Part shown: one piece after another, positions 11,521 through 22,635 of the stretch
Position numbering within the stretch: position 1 is the stretch's first letter
How the letters are laid out: each line of letters opens with the position of its first letter
From: Macrostomum hystrix
Lineage: Eukaryota; Animalia; Platyhelminthes
Assembly (NCBI GenBank): GCA_950097015.1
Contig: CATNEN010000039.1
Span: 10,044,001-10,108,000 of the forward strand
Direction of reading: 5' to 3'
DNA: 64,000 nucleotides
The notes under the pieces: generated by a model
What the model was told of the DNA's origin: nothing
Seen by the model: the letters and a program-made list of their open reading frames with translations, nothing else
Database searches by the model: none
Translations under genes and position numbers: made by a program

Positions 11521-12061
11521 TTACAGAACAATCTAATTTTCATAGCTTGTATACTCACTAGTAAGAAACTAGCTAGCTTAGTAGTGACTTTCGCTAGATT
11601 ATCCACATAATGTGGGGCAGAAAATTCACTGGTAAAGACTCGATACTGTCGGATGTCGTATTTTTTGACAAGTCCGTCAGAAAAGACGAAAAAATCTAAT
11701 TAAAAAAAACGAATTTTCTGCTCAAAACGGCTCAAAGGGAGGGAATTGATAATTTGCTGATCTAGAAATTGGATAGCTGCCACAGTCGACTAGAATAAAT
11801 CAGTTATGAGCGTTGGCGCGTCAGACGAAAGCATATTCAATTACCTGACAAATGACATGTTTGATTTGACAGCGCCTCCTGACTTCTGCAATCTTTTGTC
11901 CCGGATAAGGACTAAAGAACTTCTAAGCAGTTCATTTATTTATTTATCACTTTCATTAATTTAGTCATTGATAACAGATAACAGCGGGAACTGCAAAAGA
12001 TTTGCAACTGTCGCATTGGCTACTTCAGTAAATAACTACTGGTAGATGATCTACGAGTAGC

Positions 12062-13470
12062 CTACTCATGGGATGGTCATAAGCTTATGAGCACTGTCTA
12101 CCCATGGGATGGTCATAAGCTTATGAGCACTGTCTACTCCTGGGATGGTCATCAGCTCATGAGCACTGTCTACTCATGGGATGGTCATAAGCTTATGAGC
12201 ACTGTCTACTCCTGGGATGGTCATAAGCTTATGAGCACTGTCTACTCCTGGGATGGTCATAAGCTCATGAGCACTGTCTACTCATGGGATGGTCATAAGC
12301 TTATGAGCACTGTCTACTCATGGGATGGTCATAAGCTTATGAGCACTGTCTACTCCTGGGATGGTCATAAGCTCATGAGCACTGTCTACTCACGGAAGGT
12401 CATAAGCTTATGAGCACTGTCTACTCATGGGATGGTCATAAGCTTATGAGCACTGTCTACTCATGGGATGGTCATAAGCTTATGAGCACTGTCTACTCAT
12501 GGGATGGTCATAAGCTTATGAGCACTGTCTACTCCTGGGATGGTCATCAGCTCATGAGCACTGTCTACTCATGGGATGGTCATAAGCTTATGAGCACTGT
12601 CTACTCCTGGGATGGTCATAAGCTTATGAGCACTGTCTACTCCTGGGATGGTCATAAGCTCATGAGCACTGTCTACTCATGGGATGGTCATAAGCTTATG
12701 AGCACTGTCTACTCATGGGATGGTCATAAGCTTATGAGCACTGTCTACTCCTGGGATGGTCATAAGCTCATGAGCACTGTCTACTCATGGGATGGTCATA
12801 AGCTTATGAGCACTGTCTACTTATGGGATGGTCATAAGCTTATGAGCACTGTCTACTCATGGGATGGTCATAAGCTTATGAGCACTGTCTACTCATGGGA
12901 TGGTCATCAGCACATGAGCACTGTCTACTCATGGGACGGTCATAAGCTCATGAGCACTGTCTACTCATGGGATGGTCATAAGCTTATGAGCACTGTCTAC
13001 TCATGGGATGGTCATAAGCTTATGAGCACTGTCTACTCCTGGGATGGTCATCAGCTCATGAGCACTGTCTACTCATGGGATGGTCATAAGCTTATGAGCA
13101 CTGTCTACTCATGGGATGGTCATAAGATTATGAGCACTGTCTACTCCTGGGATGGTCATAAGCTTATGAGCACTGTCTACTCCTGGGATGGTCATAAGCT
13201 CATGAGCACTGTCTACTCATGGGATGGTCATAAGCTTATGAGCACTGTCTACTCATGGGATGGTCATAAGCTTATGAGCACTGTCTACTCCTGGGATGGT
13301 CATCAGCTTATGAGCACGTCTACTCATGGGATGGTCATTAGCACATGAGCACTGTCTACTCCTGGGATGGTCATAAGCTCATGAGCCCTGTCTACTCATG
13401 GGATGGTCATAAGCTTATGAGCACTGTCTACTCATGGGATGGTCATAAGCTCATGAGCACTGTCTACTTC
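12062..13470. repeat. 36-bp minisatellite (ATGAGCACTGTCTACTCATGGGATGGTCATAAGCTT)n
   Basis: Direct reading, about 39 units. The unit length is a multiple of 3, which creates spurious MSTVYSWDGHKL ORFs. Confidence 0.95.
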
Positions 13471-14137
13471 CCCATTTGGTCATGAGCCCTCAAGCTCCCA
13501 TAAAAATTGAAATTGCCCCCTACCTAATGACCGATCTGTAACATTAAATGAGCATAAAGAAGGTAAAAAAACAAGTAGAGAAGAAGTCACTAAGAATTGA
13601 GCATGCACAAAAGAGCAATTTTGCTTGAGTTTATGTGAAAAGCTAATTTGCAGCGATCAAAGTAGAACCGCTTCGGACCAGGTGTCAGTTTAATTATTTG
13701 GAAAATACAATTCGCTGATCATATATACATATAGCGATTAGGAAATAAAGCACCATTTTAATTTGAAAAGGGTTTCATAAAAAATAAGAATGAATGCGCC
13801 TACTGCACTGCTGTTCTAGGAGTAGAAGAAGCAGTACGAGCTTTCTAACTAAAAATGCGACCACTGTTTTTTCTTTAAAAAACTTAAATAAACAAAAGTC
13901 GACGTAAAAGCATTTCGAAAATTTATACGTCAAGAAAATAAGCCTGCCTTCGTGCAATTGGATAATTATAACAAAAAAGTTCATTTACGCAATTTGAAAA
14001 GTACTAAAAAATTGCACAAAACTTGCTGAGAAGCCTTTTTAGTCTAATAGCAAAAATTTACAAAAGCACATTATATACTACTGATACAGTGAGTAGCACA
14101 GTTAGGTTAGTTGGATAATAAACAGGCCGTATCAGCA

Positions 14138-15385
14138 TCAGCTCTGACCTCCGGCATTCTCAGCCTCGCTTCCAAACAGGCAGTATAGTCTGTCGTACAA
14201 GTCGCGCAGTTTCTGCACCTCGCGCGGATCGATGCGCGCCAGATCTTCGGCGCTAAACTTGAACGGATTCACAATCGACAGCTTGGCAGAGCGGCCGGCA
14301 TTGCCGGCGGCTGCGGCGGCCACGGCCACGTTTCGACCGCGACCCGCTCGGCCGCCTCTGCCGGCGCCGCCGCCCCGGACGCTGCCAACGGCTTTCGAAG
14401 CTCCTCTGCCGCCGCCGAGACGGTCGGCCTCGTCCAAGGGAATTCCGCCCGGCAGAGTGACGCCCATCTTGATCAGCTCCGGCAGCTGGTAAGTTCGCAC
14501 ATACTCAGCGTAATTCATGGCCAGCAGGCGGGCTGGCAGTTGGCTGCGCTCCTTTGCCAAGCAGTCGGCGAATTGACGTCGCTGCTGCTGCAGCAGCTGG
14601 GCTCGGTGGGTGCGAAAGTCGCTCACCTGCGGACGGTGGTAAGAACTGGCGATGATTACAGTAGAACAACCACGCTATTTACCCCACTGGGGAAAGAACA
14701 CGAGGGCATTTCAAAATACGCACTGCCTACTTCACGATAGCTCTCAAACTGAATGACCGATTCTCGTGAAATTCCACCCATTGGATAAATTTTCCGCCCT
14801 TTACGATCGTCGAGATATTCAGCAATTCTTGTCGAAGATCCTGGTAACAAGGACAACTAACTTTGCTATGTATAACTTTTATGACGAATCGATTTAGGTT
14901 AAAAAATAACATTCTACTCAATAAAAATGGTCTATAATGATTGCCGACATGGTTATATGATGAAATTCTGTGAGTAGAAAATTTGTACCTATTTTGGTAG
15001 TGTTTGCCACCAGACACTATGACGAGAATTGTTGAATATCTAAAAGAGGTTTTGTGATTCTGGAAGCTGTTTAATCGGATTTAGTGGTAAACTTAAGGTT
15101 CAGTGTTCTGCACTTTAATTGCGATTGGTTGAATTCTATGGGTGTTAACCACTCTGCCACTGAATCCATCCTCCACATATATGCAGCCTAGTTTGCTAAA
15201 TGCAAAAGCTTTCCGAAATTTCATACCTCGCGAACTATGTCACTCCGATACTGTTGCAGCTTCATCACAATGCTCTCAGCATCAGTTACTGAGTCATTAA
15301 GGCTGCAATTGGCAGAGCTGGCTGTCACAGCTACCTTGGCATTTGCAATGTCAGTAGAGGAGACAGCTGACAGTGTGTCAGTCAT
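14138..15385 (-). CDS. CDCA8: Borealin (chromosomal passenger complex subunit), 2 exons, about 215 aa
   Basis: Exon 1 15385-15227 (MTDTLS...KLQQYRSDIVRE, donor GAG|GTATGA) is spliced to exon 2 14626-14138 (acceptor CGCAG|GTG). The joined KLQQYRSDIVREV...KERSQLPARLLAMNYAEY aligns without gaps to the recalled human Borealin N-terminal helix KLASFLKDFDREV...IEILRLPKALREMNWLDY. The C-terminal LARIDPREVQKLRDLYDRL resembles IAQLDPEALGNIKKLSNRL. Confidence 0.8.
14660..15105. mobile_element. MITE/foldback-like repeat family B inside the Borealin intron
   Basis: Imperfect inverted arms (AGATATTCAGCAATTCTTGTC at about 14813 versus GACGAGAATTGTTGAATATCT at about 15021). Related segments occur at about 27286-27655, 54375-54495 and 61935-62032. 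Confidence 0.5.
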
Positions 15386-15700
15386 TACATAGGGCAGATA
15401 CAGGTCTGTTTGGCTGGAAATAATGTAGACAACAATGCAATAGGGTGGAGATTATTACTCTTTGGTAAAAATACATAAAATAAAAAGTAACAAGTATAAA
15501 AGCTGTGAATAATGAAAAGAAAAAAAACACTACATGAAAAAAACATATTGAATTCAGTAAGTTTTATGCTCAAGAAAAAATTATTAAACAAGTAAAATGG
15601 ATTTTATAAAACCTTATCATACTATCATAGTGTACACTTGCCTAACTACAAAAAAGTCTGAATAGGCATAATGGCTAACTGGCTATAGGTCAGTCGTCAC

Positions 15701-15990
15701 TGTTCTCTTCAGCGAGAAAGACATAAGAGTTTTAAAAAAAGGTCTTTGATCTCTCTTTCTTTATCTTTGGCTCCCGTCTGGGCCACAATATATTTTTCTT
15801 AGCTGAGCGAGCCGGACGATGAAAAATACTCAAACCAAAAAAACCCTTCACAAAAACTCATACGCGCACACAGAAAACTCTTATAACAATGCCAGTCGCG
15901 GAGTGGGGCGGACGGACAAGGGGGTAAGAAAAACCACGCACGAAACATCAACCCCTCGCCAAACACTGGCCTACACCTCTCATCACAACA
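15701..15990 (-). repeat. 3' LTR of the BEL/Pao element (290 bp)
   Basis: TGTTCTC...CACAACA, adjacent to the polypurine tract AGGAAGGGGGGGA on the minus strand. Confidence 0.95.
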
Positions 15991-16538
15991 TCCCCCCCTT
16001 CCTGACAGGACATGTCAGTCACAAAGACAAGCAACAGGAAACCTCCGGAAGAGAAGGGGCGCAAAAACGGAAACAAACTATAACTTTACCCACCACCACG
16101 AAAATAGAAAAACGCGAAAATGACAAAACAATGCGCGAGAACACGAAATATGTTGTACTGAACGTTACGCAATCGACCCCAAAAACAGGAAAACAAACAA
16201 AAGAAGAATGAAAATCAAAGGAATGAAAATTCGAACCAACCAAAATGTTGTTGCACTAAAAGCAGGCGATAGCGTCGCAAAGCCACTCCACGAGTAATAG
16301 ACACAAAGGCTCGTCGTAAAGTGTCAGTGGAAGCGAAATTTAGAAAACTACGTCTTGCAAACTTGGTGATTAATTTGAAGTTATTATGAAAAAAGGTGAA
16401 TCAAAAAATCTCAAACTTTATGGCAAAAGTAGACCAAATAACTTAATATGAAAAAAACTAACATCGCTATCCAAGCCGAAAGTCGACATCAATTGTCAAA
16501 AGCAAAACTACGGTCTAACTGACCTCCGCACGCAATCA

Positions 16539-19500
16539 TTACCCCTCAATGAGGCATAACTTGCTCACAGGCCGCACAAGCTGTGTTTCACCAACTTGGA
16601 CCTGGGCAACCCGGACTCGGCCGTCTCGTCCCGGGTAGACTCGCAGTACTCGCCCCAGTGGCCAGTGTCCACGGGGTGTGTCTGCTTTGACAACAAGCAC
16701 GACATCGTCGAGCCGCACATCGCGTTGTGGTGCCATCCACTTAGTTCGCGGTTGGAGTCCCGGCAGCCACTCGCGCATCCAGCGTCGCCAAACGTGTCGC
16801 ACCAGCTCTTGGACGCGCCGCCAACGCCGCCTCGGATCAACTGCGACGTCGCTTGGAACTTCAGGTGCAAACTGGCCGCCCGCTTGTCCGATCAGAAAGT
16901 GGTTTGGCGTCAGAGGCTCCTCGTCTCTAGGGTTGGCCGATTGATAGGTGATTGGGCGCGAGTTGATCAGCGCCTCGGCTCCGGTGATGGCTGACTGCAG
17001 TTCTTCATCGTTGACATCAGCGTTGCCCAGAATCGCGTGCAGCGCCCGCTTCGCCGCACGAATCATCACTTCGTGTGCGCCGCCAAAATGCGGCGCTGCC
17101 GGTGGCTGGAATCGCCAACTGATGTGATGACGCACAGTCTCGCGGCTGACTCTCGCCTTGTCCAGCTCTTCAAGCAGCCGCAGCTCTTCTGCACCTTTGA
17201 CAAAGTTGCCACCATTGTCCGAATGCACAGTCTTGGGCAAGCCTCGCCGGTTCACCATTCGATAGAATGCATTTAAGAATGCGTCCGCGTCAAGACTGTA
17301 TGTCATTTCAAGATGAACCGCGCGAGTCTCTAGACAGGTAAACAGAGCCAAGTAACGCTTCTGCCTCTTTTTGAATCGTCCTTGAACGGTGATGAAGGGT
17401 CCGCCCATGTCGACGGCTACGTTCGTGAAGGCCTTCAAGGAGCCTTCCAGCCGTGCATCAGGCAACGGGGCCATCTGTTGCGAAATGGGACGGGCCTTTT
17501 CTCTTCTACAAGCAGCACATTCCACTTCCCATTCACGGATGGCTTCCCTGGCACTAATGACCCAAAACTTTGCTGAAAGTGCAGCCAGCACTTGATTGGT
17601 ACCGCCATGACGCTGATCCTCATGATGCTGCTTAATGATGAGCTTAGTCAGCCAATGCTTCCTTGGCAAGATGGCCGGGTGCCTAGCAGCAAACGGTAAC
17701 TGTTGCCTGAACTTCAAGCGACCGTCCACTCGTAGGATCCCTGTTGCGTCGACAATAGGTTGCAAGCAGGTCAGCCTCTTGTCACTCAACGCATCAGCCT
17801 TGAACTCTTCCTTCTGAGCCATTCTAATCAACCGCTCTTCTACTTCATTCAGCTCATCCACCGAGAGGTCTCCACCGCTGCGGTGCGCCTGGGTCTTCTG
17901 GCAGTTACGGATGAATCGCAGGACCCAAGCCGTGATGCGTTGTAGTCTGTAAAAACTGGAGAATCGGTCCGGCTTAAGCCGCCAGTCTGCCTCATCGGTC
18001 AACTCTGCAGAAGCCACAAACACACCGTGGGCTTGATGCTCCTGGTCGCTGGCTGATTCTCTTCGTCGAGTGCTCATCTCCGGCATTTCTGGAGCTATTG
18101 GGATCGGTGTCTCCGGCCAACTGTTTGAGTCTAGCATCAAGAAAGCCGGTCCGCACCACCAAAGCTCGCCTTCTATCAACTCTTGCACTCTGCAGCCGCG
18201 CGACGCCACATCCGCTGGGTTCAAACCCGTTGGCACATACCGCCATTGTCTAGGACGCACCTGCTGCTGGATGAAAGCGACGCGGTTAGCCACGAAGGGC
18301 TTAAATGATCGGCTCTGCCTACGAATCCACCACAAGACATTGTGGCTGTCACTCCAAAACACTCCAGTCTCCAGTCCAACCTCCAAAGCTTCAGCCACTG
18401 CTCTCGCTAACCGCAGTCCTAAGACCGCCGCCATCAGTTCCAGTCGCGGAATGCTAACTGCCTGCAGGGGTGCCACCTTCGCCTTTGCTGCCACAAATCG
18501 GACCGAAACATCCATCGCGCTTACACTTCGCAGATAAACAACGGCACCGTAGGCCTCCTGAGACGCGTCCACGAACGTGTGCAATTCTGTTGAACCATTT
18601 TCAGGTCGAAGACAGCGGGGCACGGATATTTCTCCAGCCTTTGACAATTGCCTCGTCCACATTGATGCTTGCTCGGCCAACTCTGGTTCCAACGCTTCAT
18701 CCCAGCCGACGCCTTGCTGCCACGCCAGCTGCAACATTAGCTTCCCTTTAATCACCACCGGGGCAAGGAAGCCGCAGGGATCGAACACTTCGGCGACCCG
18801 CCGCAGAAGCAGCCTCTTTGTCATTGTCTGGTTGACAATGCTCGCCTCGCTGATTGAGACTCCTAGAACATCCTCCTTGGCATTCCAATTCACTCCGAGC
18901 GCCTTCGTGGTGCGAGCCTCGCCCTTCAACAGCAACTCTGCACGTTCAGCGCGATCTTCTAACGGAATCTGACGCAGCACTTCGGCCGAGTTTGACATCC
19001 ACTTGCAAGCACGCATGCCGGCCTTGCTCCAGAGTTCCACCAGTTGTTCGTACAGCTTCACCGCTTGACCAACATCCGCCACGGAATCGAGACTATCATC
19101 CATATAAGTAGAGCTAAGCACGGTGGCAGTCGCTAGCGGTAGTTGCTCCTGATGGTCTCTCGCATTCTCCTGTGCCACAAATTGAGCCAAAAACGGCGAG
19201 CAGTTGACTCCGAACACGACACTGCAGAACTCGTATCGCTTTGGATCTTTTTTCAAGTCCAACTCTCGCCAAAGGAAGCGAAAGAATCTCCTGTCGGCAG
19301 GCGCAAGTCGAACTCTAAGGAACATTTCTTCAATGTCACAGGCCAGTGCGATGGGATGCTTTCGGAACCTGAGGAGCACCTTCAACAGGTCCTGCTGCAA
19401 CTTCGGTCCAGGGTGAATGGTGTCATTCAGACAGACTCCTCCGCATCGCGCAGATGCATCGAAAACAATTCGCACCTTTGTTGTTTCCTTGTCAACTCGA

Positions 19501-22310
19501 ACAACAGCAAAGTGCGGCAAAAACCACTCACTCGACGGATGTTGTTCGTTGCTATCAACCTCACGAATGTAACCCTTAGCCAGATGTTTGTCAATGACGG
19601 ACTGATACGACTTGGCCAGTTCTTGATCCTTCAAAAGGCGTTTCTCAGTGCTCATCAGGCGCTGCTCTGCGGCTTGTCTATTCCTCGGTAGGTCTTCAGG
19701 GTTTGTCTTCCAGGGGATGGACACCTGGAAACGGCCTCCCTCCACCTTCAAGGTCGCGCGTGTCATCTCGACAACTTTCTGCTCTTCGGTTGTCATTCTG
19801 GCCTGGACTCCGCCTTCTGGAACCTCGTCAACCTCCCAGAGCTTCCGTATCAGGGACGAAGCCTCACTCTCCGCTGCCAACGCAAAGAACGCCTGCTGGT
19901 GCGCCTCTCCGATTGTTTCGACTCGATCTACTGGCCCCACACAGGTCCATCCGATTGGCGTCAGTCGGGCAATTGGCTCTCCAGGTTGGCCACCTACCTC
20001 CCGACAGGCAAAGTGTAGATCCGCATGGTCAACGCCGATCAGCATGTCGATCGTCTGCTTCCCCTCGATTTTGTCAAAGGGCACCCCGCGCAGGGGGGCC
20101 CAGCGTTTCGAAAGCAGACTCCAATCTACCGCTTGCATCCCGCCCGTCACCTTTTCAGTCGTGTGCGCCGTCACTCTTGTTCGGAAGGCTCCGTCTAGAC
20201 TGCGAATGTCAACTTCAACCGGAATCGTCTGAAAGGTGCTCACTTGTCCATTCAGAACCTTAACAGTCATGGATTCGAACTTGCCGTCAAGACCGAGTTC
20301 CGCTGCTACATCTGAATTCAAATACGAGCGGGTGCTCGCGTCGTCCAGGAGGGCGTTCACTCGGACCTCCCGTTCTCCGTTGGCTAGAATGATCGGCACT
20401 GTCCGCAACGCAATCGATGACGAGTTTCTGGCGAGTAGGGTGCACGACTCCTGCGAACCGTTTCTTTTCACATTCTGCTCTTGGACAGCCATCGGCTTCT
20501 CGATCGTCTTTGGCGACCCCCCTTCGTGGTGGTACGCTGCTGACTTCACCTGCACTCGTGGGTGCAGCAGTCGATGATGCTTCGCCTTGCAGCCCTCTAC
20601 ATTGCAGGATGCCACTCGCTTGCACTCTCCTAGGCGATGGTTAGCTCCTAAACAGCAGAAGCACAGTCGCTTGTCTCGGACAGCCGCCCACCTAGCTTCT
20701 GGCTCCATTCGTTGAAACCTCGAGCAAGCCCACACACCATGTGGTGCTCCACAGAAGCTACAGCCTTTGCGCTCCACCACTCGCTCACCACTCTGGCTAC
20801 ACAAACTTTCCAGTTTTCCGAAATGCGTTCGCGCTGCGGGCTCTCCTCGATACACACTCAGTCGCACCTTTGCTCCACTGTCCCTCCCTACATCGCCTGA
20901 TGAAGCCACGCCTCTCACGGCCTCACACGCCACCGTCAGATACTCCGCTTCCTTCAGAAGCCATTGATGCAGCACAATGAGTGAGTCTTCGCGCCTAGAT
21001 TCTCCTACCCACCGATGAAAACGAGTCAATGTTTCTGCTGGCAGCTTCTTTTGAACTCTTAAGTACATCAGTCCGTTGTTGTTCAATTCACTCTCTCGCC
21101 CTGCCGCCCTCAGATTAACTACCGTCACATCCAGTAAATCTGCAAGTTTCTTTAGTTGCACCGCGTTCTCTGACTGAATTGGTCGGAAGTTGTCTAAATC
21201 TTCCAGTGCGAGCATCAACCTGCGCCGCTCCCCGCCGTACTCTCGCTCAAGCCGTTCAAGCGCCGCTCTGTACGCAAATTCTGAGTAGCCTAGATTGGCT
21301 ATAAGTCTTAAGGCCTCACCCTGCAGTGACTGGCGCAATTGCAATAGTTTGTAAGCATTATAGGAGGGTGCCGCGTCAACACAGGCATAAAATGCGGCTC
21401 TCCAACCCTCATACTGCCTTTTGTCACCGCTAAACACTGGAATGGCCACTCGCTGTAGCTGCCGCCACATATCTTGCCCTACGGCCTCAGCCGGCCCTTG
21501 ACTGTACATTCCAGTCCGTTGGTATGATTGGCCAGCCTGCCACTCCATTTGAGGTTGGTGTTCAACCCTCTCAGCGCCTATTGCAGACTTCCACCCACTC
21601 ACTTTGTCTCCACGGACATTGTACACTTCTCCGGTTTGAGTAGGCTGCTTCACGGCACTCTCGCTAGGCCTGATTCCATTGCCTCCAACTCTCGACTCAA
21701 AATCTGCTCTTCTAGCTGCGCTGACATCAACATTATTGCTGTTCTCCGACCAATCGGCTCCAATCGCAAGGCTCTGTTCATTAGCAACCATTGCCAGTCT
21801 TTCCATCTCATTCTCCATCTCCCGAAGTCTAGCTTCATAGTCTTCTTTCATCCTTCGCTGACGTTCTCCTATTTCCGCCCTCCGACTCAGTGCCGCTTCC
21901 ACCTCCTTCCGCCGCATCCCTCTCTCTTCATAATTCACACTCTCTGATTCAGTTTGCCACGTCTTCTTTCTCAAATCAGCAATCAAGCTCACTACCTCAC
22001 CAAACTCGCTTTCTAGTGTCTCCAGCTCCTTGATCGTACGTCGGCGTAGCGGCAGATTGTCTTCGGCGAGTTCCAGCAGCTTCTCCAACTCCGCAGTGGC
22101 ACTCTCGAAAAGCTTCTCCAGCAGAATCATTTGTTGTTGTACTTCGGCGATCTCCTGGCGTCCGATGGCGATCTGCTGCACCAATTGATTTCTCGCCTTG
22201 GTAAAGGCAGTCTTGGCTTTCGTCTTAGCGGCCTTCACGACCATAATTTGCTCCTCCTGAGCATCGACCTCGTCCTCCTGCTTGTCCACGTCGTTTCCGT
22301 CTCTAGACAT
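16539..22310 (-). CDS. BEL/Pao Gag-Pol polyprotein (about 1923 aa from the first ATG)
   Basis: Gag (FSGDKRQYEGW..KLLQLRQSLQGEA), three Cys/His knuckles, protease ALLDDASTRSY, RT YMDD, RNase H (LHTFVDAS, IPRLEL, WSDS, NPAD), integrase (zinc finger, VDMGGP, SDNGGNF, GGAHE) and C-terminal WMREWL..HWPLGRV. The order is PR-RT-RH-IN. Confidence 0.97.
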   Translation of the reverse strand: MSRDGNDVDKQEDEVDAQEEQIMVVKAAKTKAKTAFTKARNQLVQQIAIGRQEIAEVQQQMILLEKLFESATAELEKLLELAEDNLPLRRRTIKELETLESEFGEVVSLIADLRKKTWQTESESVNYEERGMRRKEVEAALSRRAEIGERQRRMKEDYEARLREMENEMERLAMVANEQSLAIGADWSENSNNVDVSAARRADFESRVGGNGIRPSESAVKQPTQTGEVYNVRGDKVSGWKSAIGAERVEHQPQMEWQAGQSYQRTGMYSQGPAEAVGQDMWRQLQRVAIPVFSGDKRQYEGWRAAFYACVDAAPSYNAYKLLQLRQSLQGEALRLIANLGYSEFAYRAALERLEREYGGERRRLMLALEDLDNFRPIQSENAVQLKKLADLLDVTVVNLRAAGRESELNNNGLMYLRVQKKLPAETLTRFHRWVGESRREDSLIVLHQWLLKEAEYLTVACEAVRGVASSGDVGRDSGAKVRLSVYRGEPAARTHFGKLESLCSQSGERVVERKGCSFCGAPHGVWACSRFQRMEPEARWAAVRDKRLCFCCLGANHRLGECKRVASCNVEGCKAKHHRLLHPRVQVKSAAYHHEGGSPKTIEKPMAVQEQNVKRNGSQESCTLLARNSSSIALRTVPIILANGEREVRVNALLDDASTRSYLNSDVAAELGLDGKFESMTVKVLNGQVSTFQTIPVEVDIRSLDGAFRTRVTAHTTEKVTGGMQAVDWSLLSKRWAPLRGVPFDKIEGKQTIDMLIGVDHADLHFACREVGGQPGEPIARLTPIGWTCVGPVDRVETIGEAHQQAFFALAAESEASSLIRKLWEVDEVPEGGVQARMTTEEQKVVEMTRATLKVEGGRFQVSIPWKTNPEDLPRNRQAAEQRLMSTEKRLLKDQELAKSYQSVIDKHLAKGYIREVDSNEQHPSSEWFLPHFAVVRVDKETTKVRIVFDASARCGGVCLNDTIHPGPKLQQDLLKVLLRFRKHPIALACDIEEMFLRVRLAPADRRFFRFLWRELDLKKDPKRYEFCSVVFGVNCSPFLAQFVAQENARDHQEQLPLATATVLSSTYMDDSLDSVADVGQAVKLYEQLVELWSKAGMRACKWMSNSAEVLRQIPLEDRAERAELLLKGEARTTKALGVNWNAKEDVLGVSISEASIVNQTMTKRLLLRRVAEVFDPCGFLAPVVIKGKLMLQLAWQQGVGWDEALEPELAEQASMWTRQLSKAGEISVPRCLRPENGSTELHTFVDASQEAYGAVVYLRSVSAMDVSVRFVAAKAKVAPLQAVSIPRLELMAAVLGLRLARAVAEALEVGLETGVFWSDSHNVLWWIRRQSRSFKPFVANRVAFIQQQVRPRQWRYVPTGLNPADVASRGCRVQELIEGELWWCGPAFLMLDSNSWPETPIPIAPEMPEMSTRRRESASDQEHQAHGVFVASAELTDEADWRLKPDRFSSFYRLQRITAWVLRFIRNCQKTQAHRSGGDLSVDELNEVEERLIRMAQKEEFKADALSDKRLTCLQPIVDATGILRVDGRLKFRQQLPFAARHPAILPRKHWLTKLIIKQHHEDQRHGGTNQVLAALSAKFWVISAREAIREWEVECAACRREKARPISQQMAPLPDARLEGSLKAFTNVAVDMGGPFITVQGRFKKRQKRYLALFTCLETRAVHLEMTYSLDADAFLNAFYRMVNRRGLPKTVHSDNGGNFVKGAEELRLLEELDKARVSRETVRHHISWRFQPPAAPHFGGAHEVMIRAAKRALHAILGNADVNDEELQSAITGAEALINSRPITYQSANPRDEEPLTPNHFLIGQAGGQFAPEVPSDVAVDPRRRWRRVQELVRHVWRRWMREWLPGLQPRTKWMAPQRDVRLDDVVLVVKADTPRGHWPLGRVLRVYPGRDGRVRVAQVQVGETQLVRPVSKLCLIEG

Positions 22311-22322
22311 TGTTGGTTGTTC

Positions 22323-22340
22323 AACCACGCTCTGCTACCA
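22323..22340 (-). promoter_or_regulatory. Primer-binding site complementary to the tRNA-iMet 3' end
   Basis: Minus strand reads TGGTAGCAGAGCGTGGTT, 5 nt inside the 5' LTR. Its complement AACCACGCTCTGCTACCA matches the ...CTCTGCTACCA end of animal initiator tRNA-Met. Confidence 0.8.
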
Positions 22341-22345
22341 GTTTA

Positions 22346-22635
22346 TGTTCTCTTCAGCGAGAAAGACATAAGAGTTTTAAAAAAAGGTCTTTGATCTCTC
22401 TTTCTTTATCTTTGGCTCCCGTCTGGGCCACAATATATTTTTCTTAGCTGAGCGAGCCGGACGATGAAAAATACTCAAACCAAAAAAACCCTTCACAAAA
22501 ACTCATACGCGCACACAGAAAACTCTTATAACAATGCCAGTCGCGGAGTGGGGCGGACGGACAAGGGGGTAAGAAAAACCACGCACGAAACATCAACCCC
22601 TCGCCAAACACTGGCCTACACCTCTCATCACAACA
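22346..22635 (-). repeat. 5' LTR of the BEL/Pao element (290 bp)
   Basis: Identical by eye to 15701-15990 and followed by the TSD GTCAC. Confidence 0.95.

Larger units (their letters stand above)
15701..22635 (-). mobile_element. Full-length BEL/Pao LTR retrotransposon, apparently intact and recent
   Basis: TG..CA LTRs at 15701-15990 and 22346-22635, with no differences seen. 5-bp TSD GTCAC (15696-15700 and 22636-22640), PBS 22323-22340, PPT 15991-16003, and a single uninterrupted gag-pol ORF. Confidence 0.97.

Noticed and set aside
12087-13348. MSTVYSWDGHKL repeat ORFs (possible repetitive secreted protein or neuropeptide precursor)
   Set aside because: There is no signal peptide, dibasic cleavage site or splice context, and the frames break at 1-bp indels. 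It is a 36-bp minisatellite.
6272-13470. CRISPR-like regular repeats
   Set aside because: The units are head-to-tail with no unique spacers, there are no cas genes, and the context is eukaryotic.
15819-16538. env-like or extra ORF in the BEL element
   Set aside because: Only short compositionally biased ORFs overlap the LTR and the ~550-bp 3' region, with no signal peptide/TM architecture of plausible length.
16565-21947. Many overlapping and antisense ORFs within BEL pol (likewise within the GPCR and MCTP)
   Set aside because: They are shadows of GC-rich coding sequence with no independent motifs.
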